Source: a virus (taxonomy: Duplodnaviria > Caudoviricetes). From it: a stretch of 24,424 bases of DNA. Position 1 is the stretch's first letter, and every line of letters begins with the position of its first letter. A program made the translations under genes and the position numbers. Below, piece after piece: positions 1 through 5,862 of this stretch. The notes beneath the pieces are model-generated. The model was not told where the DNA came from, searched no databases, and saw nothing but the letters and a program-made list of their open reading frames with translations. Where the stretch lies: IMG/VR virus record IMGVR_UViG_3300050032_000067, positions 1 to 24,424 of that record. One strand, given 5' to 3'.

Positions 1-1
1 T

Positions 2-892
2 GATGGAGAACAAACAGCCGAATTGGACCAACATTGCACTTATTTTACTCTAATTCCGGAAATAATTAGAAAATTATCTTATAAAACTATTTCTAAACAA
101 AAAGATATATTATGGAATGAATTAAAAGAATTAGAAAAGTTTATTGTTTCTAATTCTGATATATATGAATCTATAAAATTGGAAATTAATAAAGATATTA
201 CAAGATTAGAAATTAAACAAAATGTAATATCTTGGCTTTGTGATTCTAATTCCGCAATGACCGATACCAAAAAAGAAATTAATAAGTGGTTTTCTAAGAA
301 ATTTCCTAAAACTGAACTATATCTAGATGCATTAAGATCTAAAAATTCATTTCCATATCTTGCATTTGGGATGGAATCTAAAATTTTTCTAGACAATTGT
401 TCAAAATTTCTTATTTCTAAAAATATTCCTGTAATAACTAAGCATGACTGTCTAATTTTTAAAATTTCTGATCTAGAGACTGTTGAAGTAACTTTAAAGC
501 AATCTTTCGAGAAATTCAATGTTTCTTTTAAATGTGGTCTTAAAATTGGAAATCAAGTCGCTACGCTCCAGCCTGCGGCTAACAAATCTTTTTTGATTGA
601 AAATCTGGTCCCTACCAATAAAGAAAATAACCAAGCACTAAAAAAAGAAGAAGAATCACAGGGCAGAGAGCACAGCTCCTATATGGGCGACTTTTTATTG
701 GTAGGGACCACATTATGTAGTGTATATAATTCAAAAACCACAAGATGTTGTATTAATGTTACAGAAAAGACAAAAAGAGGAAAAAAGTATTGGAGATATC
801 AAAAAAAGGGTGGTAGGGACCAGATTGTATTACAAAGTAAAATGTCGAAAGAAGAATTTATAGAAAAAATATTAAAAGGAAAAATAAAATGA
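2..892 (+). CDS. Family-A DNA polymerase / T7-RNAP-fold protein (TV-Pol-like, possible primase-polymerase or replication protein), 5'-truncated
   Basis: Frame is open from base 2 (DGEQTAELDQHCTYFTL), so the gene starts before the window. Motif A-like ELD, motif B-like RLEIK, an MES segment and motif C-like ITKHDCLIF occur in the expected order. The C-terminal ~110 aa overlap the repeat cluster. Confidence 0.6.
   Translation, partial: DGEQTAELDQHCTYFTLIPEIIRKLSYKTISKQKDILWNELKELEKFIVSNSDIYESIKLEINKDITRLEIKQNVISWLCDSNSAMTDTKKEINKWFSKKFPKTELYLDALRSKNSFPYLAFGMESKIFLDNCSKFLISKNIPVITKHDCLIFKISDLETVEVTLKQSFEKFNVSFKCGLKIGNQVATLQPAANKSFLIENLVPTNKENNQALKKEEESQGREHSSYMGDFLLVGTTLCSVYNSKTTRCCINVTEKTKRGKKYWRYQKKGGRDQIVLQSKMSKEEFIEKILKGKIK
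557..581 (-). repeat. Left arm of 25-bp inverted repeat (GNA mini-hairpins on minus strand)
   Basis: Reverse complement TAGCCGCAGGCTGGAGCGTAGCGAC matches 1396-1420 at 24/25. Confidence 0.9.
602..826. repeat. Three copies of TGGTAGGGACCA (iteron-like; one minus, two plus)
   Basis: 606-622 and 694-710 form a perfect 17-bp inverted repeat. 602-617 and 811-826 form a perfect 16-bp inverted repeat. Confidence 0.9.
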
Positions 893-1395
893 TAAATTGG
901 AATGAAATTTTAGAATATGATGAAACAAGTCCGAGTTGTTTGTGGTGGAAAGTTTCTACAAATCCTGCAATAAAGATAGGTAAATTCGCTGGATCTTTAA
1001 AAAAAACTAATTATTATGAAATTGGATATAATAAGAAAAAATATCAATGTCATAGAATAATTTTCGAAATGTTTAATGGAGAAATTCCTGAAGAATTGTT
1101 CATAGATCATATTGATAATAATCGAGAAAATAATAAAATAGAAAACTTACAACTAGCTACTAAATCAGAAAATAATAGAAAATCTTTAATGCAAAAAAAT
1201 AATACTTCTGGTTATAAGGGAGTGACACTGGAAAAAAGAAGAAATATATGGAGAGCAAATATACTAATAAATTTAAAATATATTCATTTAGGATACTTCA
1301 ATGATAAATTAGAAGCCGCTAAAGCTTATGACTCAGCGGCTATAGAATATTTTGGAGAATTTGCTCTTACAAATAAAATGCTTGGATTATTGTAA
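889..1395 (+). CDS. HNH endonuclease with C-terminal AP2 domain (free-standing homing endonuclease type), copy 1
   Basis: HRIIF...IDHIDNNRENNKIENLQL...EN, then NNTSGYKGV...W...HLGYF..KLEAAKAYD. ATGA overlap with the upstream gene. Confidence 0.92.
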   Translation: MINWNEILEYDETSPSCLWWKVSTNPAIKIGKFAGSLKKTNYYEIGYNKKKYQCHRIIFEMFNGEIPEELFIDHIDNNRENNKIENLQLATKSENNRKSLMQKNNTSGYKGVTLEKRRNIWRANILINLKYIHLGYFNDKLEAAKAYDSAAIEYFGEFALTNKMLGLL

Positions 1396-1420
1396 TAGCC
1401 GAAGGCTGGAGCGTAGCGAC
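1396..1420 (+). repeat. Right arm of 25-bp inverted repeat (GNA mini-hairpins on plus strand)
   Basis: TAGCCGAAGGCTGGAGCGTAGCGAC contains GCC-GAA-GGC and GC-GTA-GC, and starts immediately after the HNH stop codon. Confidence 0.9.
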
Positions 1421-1455
1421 GTTTCGAAAACGTTCTTAAAATCTTCTAAAAGTCC

Positions 1456-1484
1456 TTGACAAGCTAGATTAAATTTGCTATAAT
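1456..1484 (+). promoter_or_regulatory. Consensus sigma70-type promoter
   Basis: TTGACA (1456-1461), 17-bp spacer, TATAAT (1479-1484) with extended -10 TG. Confidence 0.85.
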
Positions 1485-1488
1485 GAAG

Positions 1489-1522
1489 AAGTGAGAAAGA
1501 CCTCCAAAAGTTTTTCTCACTT
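1489..1522 (+). other. 5' leader stem-loop
   Basis: AAGTGAGAAAGAC / GTTTTTCTCACTT forms a 13-bp stem (one G-U) with loop CTCCAAAA, at the predicted transcription start. Confidence 0.6.
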
Positions 1523-1523
1523 G

Positions 1524-1570
1524 TAACATAAATAAAAATGAGAGACAAGATCACAAGGAGATCACAAATG
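1524..1570 (+). repeat. Duplicated leader cassette copy 1 (TAAATA + RBS + ATG)
   Basis: TAACATAAATAAAAATGAGAGACAAGATCACAAGGAGATCACAAATG is nearly identical to 2076-2124. Confidence 0.85.
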
Positions 1571-1756
1571 ACTTTTCAACAGCACAGACTAATGTTAAAA
1601 AGAGTAAAATTACAGAACCTAATTAAAGAAAGAATTAAGAAAATTTACAAAAAGGATATTGAAATAAATCTTCCATTAACAGAAATTATTGGAGATATGG
1701 CTGTTCAATGTTATATTGCGGAAACTACTAAAATTAAAAACGGGTTTTACGACTAA
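1568..1756 (+). CDS. Hypothetical basic protein (62 aa)
   Basis: Start moved from 1538 to ATG 1568, which follows AAGGAG. TAATG coupling to the next gene. Confidence 0.7.
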   Translation: MTFQQHRLMLKRVKLQNLIKERIKKIYKKDIEINLPLTEIIGDMAVQCYIAETTKIKNGFYD

Positions 1757-2064
1757 TGAACTTACGTATTAGATGTAAATTTGAAAAGCTATCTCCAAAA
1801 TCCAGAGCATTTATTTGGGGATATGAAGCCAAGCACAACGTTTACTATGTAGAGGTGACAAATACGAGCCACAAAAAACAAAGACCGTTTATAAGGCTTC
1901 CTGAAGCGTTTACGATAGAATTAGTTTTAGGATTTTTCGAAGATTTTCTGGAGGATTTTTGTTTAATTACAGATCAGATTTTAGAAGATTGGTCATTAAC
2001 GGATGTTGGACAAAACCTTCTAGAAAATCTTCGAAAAGAGATAGAAAAATACTCTCCAAATTAA
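1756..2064 (+). CDS. Hypothetical protein (102 aa)
   Basis: ORF translationally coupled to the previous gene; no motif recognised. Confidence 0.7.
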   Translation: MNLRIRCKFEKLSPKSRAFIWGYEAKHNVYYVEVTNTSHKKQRPFIRLPEAFTIELVLGFFEDFLEDFCLITDQILEDWSLTDVGQNLLENLRKEIEKYSPN

Positions 2065-2075
2065 TTTTTAGAGTT

Positions 2076-2124
2076 TAACATAAATAAAAATGAGAGACAA
2101 AGATCAAAGGAGATCACAAAAATG
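2076..2124 (+). repeat. Duplicated leader cassette copy 2 (TAAATA + RBS + ATG)
   Basis: Near-identical to 1524-1570 with small indels. Confidence 0.85.
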
Positions 2125-2370
2125 TTAGAAAAATACACACCAAACGAAACAGGAAATCCGGATAATTTCGTAAAATATCTTAGAGTATGGGCAGATATTT
2201 GTAACAAAATTCAGAAAAAATTTGGAAAAGATATATCAGATACTTTCGAAATTCCTAAAAATGTAGAAAATTTATCTATGTATGATTTATTTCAGAAACA
2301 TTATTTGGAAGAATCTAATAAAATTATAGACAAAAAGATTGCTAAGAAATTTTTGCAGGAGAAGAAATAA
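2122..2370 (+). CDS. Hypothetical protein (82 aa)
   Basis: AAGGAG RBS upstream; no motif recognised. Confidence 0.75.
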   Translation: MLEKYTPNETGNPDNFVKYLRVWADICNKIQKKFGKDISDTFEIPKNVENLSMYDLFQKHYLEESNKIIDKKIAKKFLQEKK

Positions 2371-2371
2371 A

Positions 2372-2539
2372 ATGATATTAGAAATTTTAATAGGATCTTT
2401 AATAGGAACTACAGTTGGACAAATTATTTTTTCGAAAACTTTTTATAGAATTTTATGGAATATTTTTAAGTTTATATATAAAATTTTGAAAGATTTGTTT
2501 ATAACTGGAGTAGAATTTTATGGAGGATTTTTTTCATAA
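2372..2539 (+). CDS. Small hydrophobic/membrane protein (55 aa)
   Basis: ATG 2372 follows AGGAG and the previous stop. MILEILIGSLIGTTVGQIIF is hydrophobic and is followed by an amphipathic stretch. Confidence 0.6.
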   Translation: MILEILIGSLIGTTVGQIIFSKTFYRILWNIFKFIYKILKDLFITGVEFYGGFFS

Positions 2540-3141
2540 TGTCTTCAAATTCACTTCAAAACAGTTATAATGAAATATTTTACGAAGAATTATCATTTTT
2601 AGATGATTATTATACACGACAAATATCAAATAATACTCCTTTCAAACCATATATTAACACATTTGATTTATTAGAAGAAAGAAATGTAGAAATACAATAT
2701 AAATGTTCAACAGTTGATTATATTCAGACAGATGTAACAAAAAAATTAGCAAAGGAAGTTAAAAGATATTTCGAAAGAATCATAAAAACTTTTGAAGAAT
2801 GTAAATTAAATAGTGGAATATGTTTAATGAATATTGGAGATAAATCTTTATATAATATACCAGAAACACTTTTGAAACTAAAATATCCAGAAGAAGCTAA
2901 ATTATCTATTAATAGTCATTATACTAATACAAATATAAATTCTTTTACAGTAGAACATTTCGAAATTAATTTTTATAATTTTTTCGCAAATATTTCGTTT
3001 AGAGATGATTTTCTTGGATTATCCGCTGGCAGTTCTAAAAGTTTTGCGTCATCTCCGGAAACAATTATTAGATTAGCATTTTTTCCTACTTTTTCCATAA
3101 TTCCTTCCGAAAACGAACCGATGAGTGAAATAAATAGATAA
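2539..3141 (+). CDS. Hypothetical protein (200 aa)
   Basis: GGAGG upstream, TAATG coupling; no motif recognised. Confidence 0.75.
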   Translation: MSSNSLQNSYNEIFYEELSFLDDYYTRQISNNTPFKPYINTFDLLEERNVEIQYKCSTVDYIQTDVTKKLAKEVKRYFERIIKTFEECKLNSGICLMNIGDKSLYNIPETLLKLKYPEEAKLSINSHYTNTNINSFTVEHFEINFYNFFANISFRDDFLGLSAGSSKSFASSPETIIRLAFFPTFSIIPSENEPMSEINR

Positions 3142-3176
3142 AAAACTGTAGTTGCGATCTCCTTATAATACAGTTT

Positions 3177-3210
3177 CTCCCAGAGCGTTTTTGGTTCTGG
3201 GAGTTTTTGT
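3177..3210 (+). terminator. Rho-independent terminator
   Basis: CTCCCAGAGC / GTTCTGGGAG 10-bp stem followed by TTTTTGTTT. Confidence 0.8.
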
Positions 3211-3247
3211 TTCTAATAAGATAAATAGTTGTGTAATTGAGGTTATT

Positions 3248-3751
3248 ATGATAAATTGGAATGAAATTTTAGAATATGATGAAACAAGCCCTAGTTGTTT
3301 GCGATGGAAAGAGTTAGGATCTGGTAAAAATAAAGATTTAATAGCCGGAACTTTAAAAAAAACTAATTATTATGACATTGGATATAATAAGAAAATATAT
3401 AAATGTCATAGAATAATTTTTGAAATGTTTAATGGAAAAATTCCGAAAGGTATTTTTATAGATCATATAGATAATAATCGTTCAAATAATAAAATAGAAA
3501 ATCTTCAATTAGTAACTAACACAGAAAATTGTAGAAAATGTTTAATGTCTAAAAATAATACTTCTGGATTTAAAGGAGTTGTTTGGTATAAAAAATATCA
3601 AAATTGGCAGTGTAAAATAAAAGGTAATAAAAAACCTGTTTTCTTAGGATATTTTTCTGATAAAATAGAAGCCGCTAAAGCTTATGACTCAGCGGCTATC
3701 AAGTATTTTGGAGAATTTGCTCTAACTAATAAAATGCTTGGACTATACTAA
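3248..3751 (+). CDS. HNH endonuclease with AP2 domain, copy 2
   Basis: Paralog of 889-1395 (first 41 nt identical). True start is ATG 3248 after GAGG, not 3152. Confidence 0.92.
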   Translation: MINWNEILEYDETSPSCLRWKELGSGKNKDLIAGTLKKTNYYDIGYNKKIYKCHRIIFEMFNGKIPKGIFIDHIDNNRSNNKIENLQLVTNTENCRKCLMSKNNTSGFKGVVWYKKYQNWQCKIKGNKKPVFLGYFSDKIEAAKAYDSAAIKYFGEFALTNKMLGLY

Positions 3752-4221
3752 TTCTTCAATTTTTCGCAAATATCTTTCAAAATTTGATTAGAATTGATAA
3801 AATCCCAATCAATCTTATTTTTTGAGTATCTAGGTATTATAAAAAGATTATCAGAAACGTTTACGAGTGTCTGTAGAGAGGTTTCAAAGAAAAAACGTGC
3901 AGGTATGCGTCTGGAAATTTGAAAGCCTTCTGGTGGTGTTAAAATGCCTCTAGCTTCTTTGTTAATTTTTGCTTCCCAATTTAGAAATCCTTCTGGAAGT
4001 TTTTCTCTAGACTTTTTTAGATATCCTTTTACAACATCTGTTCCTACTTTTTCGTTATGAGCTTTTACAATTTCTTTAACTTTTTCCGGATTTTTATCGT
4101 AACGTTGCTTATTTCTTTTTCGATTACATGCACGACATTCGGAAAAATATCTACAATGGACGTCCAAATAGTATTCGGATAATTCTTTTAGTTCACCACA
4201 TTTAGTGCATTTCTTTTTCAT
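3748..4221 (-). CDS. Zn-ribbon protein with degenerate HNH-like C-terminus
   Basis: KKCTKCGELK...SECRAC zinc finger, a basic helix, then GFQISRRIP...NVSDNL in place of the usual IDHIIP...NL. Confidence 0.65.
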   Translation of the reverse strand: MKKKCTKCGELKELSEYYLDVHCRYFSECRACNRKRNKQRYDKNPEKVKEIVKAHNEKVGTDVVKGYLKKSREKLPEGFLNWEAKINKEARGILTPPEGFQISRRIPARFFFETSLQTLVNVSDNLFIIPRYSKNKIDWDFINSNQILKDICEKLKN

Positions 4222-4223
4222 TT

Positions 4224-4406
4224 TTAATACCTCATTCCTTTTACAATCGATGTTATATCAGTTTTATTATTATCTTTTTCTAAAACTATTTTGAAATTTA
4301 TCTTTTTCAAAATACATTCTTTAGTTAAATTTAATATATCTGACATTTCAGAATCATCAAAATCTATTTCTAATCCAATATTTTTTGCAGCTATAAAAGT
4401 TATCAT
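4224..4406 (-). CDS. Hypothetical protein (60 aa)
   Basis: Tightly packed in the operon, AAGGA RBS. Confidence 0.65.
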   Translation of the reverse strand: MITFIAAKNIGLEIDFDDSEMSDILNLTKECILKKINFKIVLEKDNNKTDITSIVKGMRY

Positions 4407-4407
4407 G

Positions 4408-4599
4408 TTAATTCCTTTTCAAAACTTCTTCTAAAACCTTTTCTGTAATATCTTTTGAAATAACATTTTCTCTAAAAATTTTAATATCAGTATTGCGAGC
4501 GTTATTCAAAATAAATTTTACATCTGCAACAATTTCGGAAAACTCTTCTTCAGGATATGTAGAAATCGTAAAATCGTTATTAGTTTTTATTACTACCAT
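4408..4599 (-). CDS. Hypothetical protein (63 aa)
   Basis: Tightly packed in the operon, AGGA RBS. Confidence 0.65.
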   Translation of the reverse strand: MVVIKTNNDFTISTYPEEEFSEIVADVKFILNNARNTDIKIFRENVISKDITEKVLEEVLKRN

Positions 4600-4754
4600 G
4601 CGAAAATTCCTGGAATAAACATAAAAGAATTATAATGAGTATATCCATAACTTGTTTCTAAATCAATATTTTTTAATTCTACAACACTTTCCGGAATATA
4701 ATTAACAAAGCCATAAAAAGATTCTATTTTAATAATATTTTCATTTTCATTCAT
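4593..4754 (-). CDS. Hypothetical protein (53 aa), not in ORF track
   Basis: MNENENIIKIESFYGFVNYIPESVVELKNIDLETSYGYTHYNSFMFIPGIFAW fills the gap exactly, with an ATGA overlap to the upstream stop. Confidence 0.6.
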   Translation of the reverse strand: MNENENIIKIESFYGFVNYIPESVVELKNIDLETSYGYTHYNSFMFIPGIFAW

Positions 4755-4933
4755 TTTTCATCTTCCAATTTCTTAACAATTCTCGAAAGTCTAGCAATAC
4801 TTTTATCAAGTTTGTTTTCCAATTCGTCAAAACTCTTATCAATTTTTTGAAAACCATTTTCGAAAATATTATTAAGCTCTTCTACATGATTTTCTAACAT
4901 CCTACAAATTTCCTGTTTAGTCTCGTCTTTCAT
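4751..4933 (-). CDS. Small coiled-coil protein (60 aa)
   Basis: ATG 4933 follows AAGGAG; heptad-like Leu/Ile pattern. Confidence 0.7.
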   Translation of the reverse strand: MKDETKQEICRMLENHVEELNNIFENGFQKIDKSFDELENKLDKSIARLSRIVKKLEDEK

Positions 4934-4983
4934 AAAATCTCCTTTATTAAGCTTCATTTTTATTTATGTAAAAGGATAATAAA

Positions 4984-5012
4984 AAATTTCCTGAAGATTT
5001 TAGAGGAAATTT
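4984..5012 (-). terminator. Possible weak terminator
   Basis: AAATTTCCT / AGGAAATTT stem followed by a T run on the minus strand; the stem is AT-rich. Confidence 0.3.
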
Positions 5013-5028
5013 CGAAAGATTTTTAGAA

Positions 5029-5409
5029 TTATTTTCCGTATTTTTTTACTGAAGTATCATCTACAAGAGGTTTATTGATTCTAGGGATTTCTGTATTTGT
5101 TACAACTTGAAGAGTTTTATCTAAAGATTTTGTTGCGGGCGTTCCAGAACCCATCATATAAGCAAATATAAAAATATAAAAAGCTACTTGTCCATATTTC
5201 CAAAGATTCGACGCAGAAAATACTCTTTTTGGTTCAATTTTTTCTTCGATTTTCGCTATTTTTTCGGAGTGTGTGTTCAATTTTGTATTAATTTCTGAAA
5301 TATCATCTGCAATACGATCTTCCATGCGATCAATTCTTTTGTTAAATTGGTCTGTTTGGTCATTTAACATTCCGCGAATAGTATTGATTACATTAAGATC
5401 ATCGGACAT
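5029..5409 (-). CDS. Coiled-coil protein with single TM helix (XhlA/holin-like architecture)
   Basis: N-terminal heptads then VAFYIFIFAYMMG; located downstream of the tail fibre genes. Confidence 0.55.
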   Translation of the reverse strand: MSDDLNVINTIRGMLNDQTDQFNKRIDRMEDRIADDISEINTKLNTHSEKIAKIEEKIEPKRVFSASNLWKYGQVAFYIFIFAYMMGSGTPATKSLDKTLQVVTNTEIPRINKPLVDDTSVKKYGK

Positions 5410-5570
5410 TACTTTTTACTCATTTTCGAAGATTTGAATAGATCTTTTGAAAGATTTTTCGAAATTTCTATGGCCGCTAATTGTTTTTCGGCTTCCTTTT
5501 TTGACATTGGTTTTTTATCGTTTGTATTATGTACTTTGAAACCACCTTTAGGATTCTTTTCTACAGGCAT
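5409..5570 (-). CDS. Small basic phage protein (53 aa), not in ORF track
   Basis: MPVEKNPKGGFKVHNTNDKKPMSKKEAEKQLAAIEISKNLSKDLFKSSKMSKK, with AAGGAG RBS and TAATG coupling to the next gene. Confidence 0.75.
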   Translation of the reverse strand: MPVEKNPKGGFKVHNTNDKKPMSKKEAEKQLAAIEISKNLSKDLFKSSKMSKK

Positions 5571-5620
5571 TTTTAAAAATCTCCTTATATTTTATATTTA
5601 TCGTTTAAAATAAAAATATA

Positions 5621-5812
5621 TTAAGTAGAAGAATCCACAATTAAACCATAACTTGCCAAAGCTGTTAAAAGACTTGTTAAAGCCGCATTCCCACCTTTTG
5701 CGCCTGTTACAGTTGGTTTAGATATCGGAGAAGTTCCGTTAAACCCTATATTACCAGTATGAGAGGTAGTTCCTAAAGTAGTAGTTCCGGAATATTTTTT
5801 TAATGATTTCAA
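5621..5812 (-). pseudogene. Orphaned tail-fibre C-terminal module
   Basis: IGFNGTSPISKPTVTGAKGGNAALTSLLTALASYGLIVDSST resembles a common fibre/spike C-terminal motif. Only a TTG start with poor RBS spacing is available. Confidence 0.55.
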
Positions 5813-5862
5813 TAATCCTTACTATAAATTATTATTTGTTAAATCTACGTTCACGGGGAGCA

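Noticed and set aside
79-519. 146-aa minus-strand ORF
   Set aside because: Antisense shadow of the polymerase-like gene with no RBS or motif.
889-1395. Group I intron housing the HNH gene
   Set aside because: No recognisable intron core and no interrupted host gene resuming downstream.
557-1420. Transposon/MITE or invertible segment defined by the 25-bp inverted repeats
   Set aside because: No target-site duplication in the flanks and no transposase or recombinase in the window; the upstream ORF reads through the left arm. Not fully excluded.
1524-2124. CRISPR array
   Set aside because: Only two copies about 550 bp apart, each ending in RBS and ATG.
3152-3247. N-terminal extension of HNH copy 2 in the ORF track
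   Set aside because: It spans a terminator; paralog alignment and RBS place the start at 3248.
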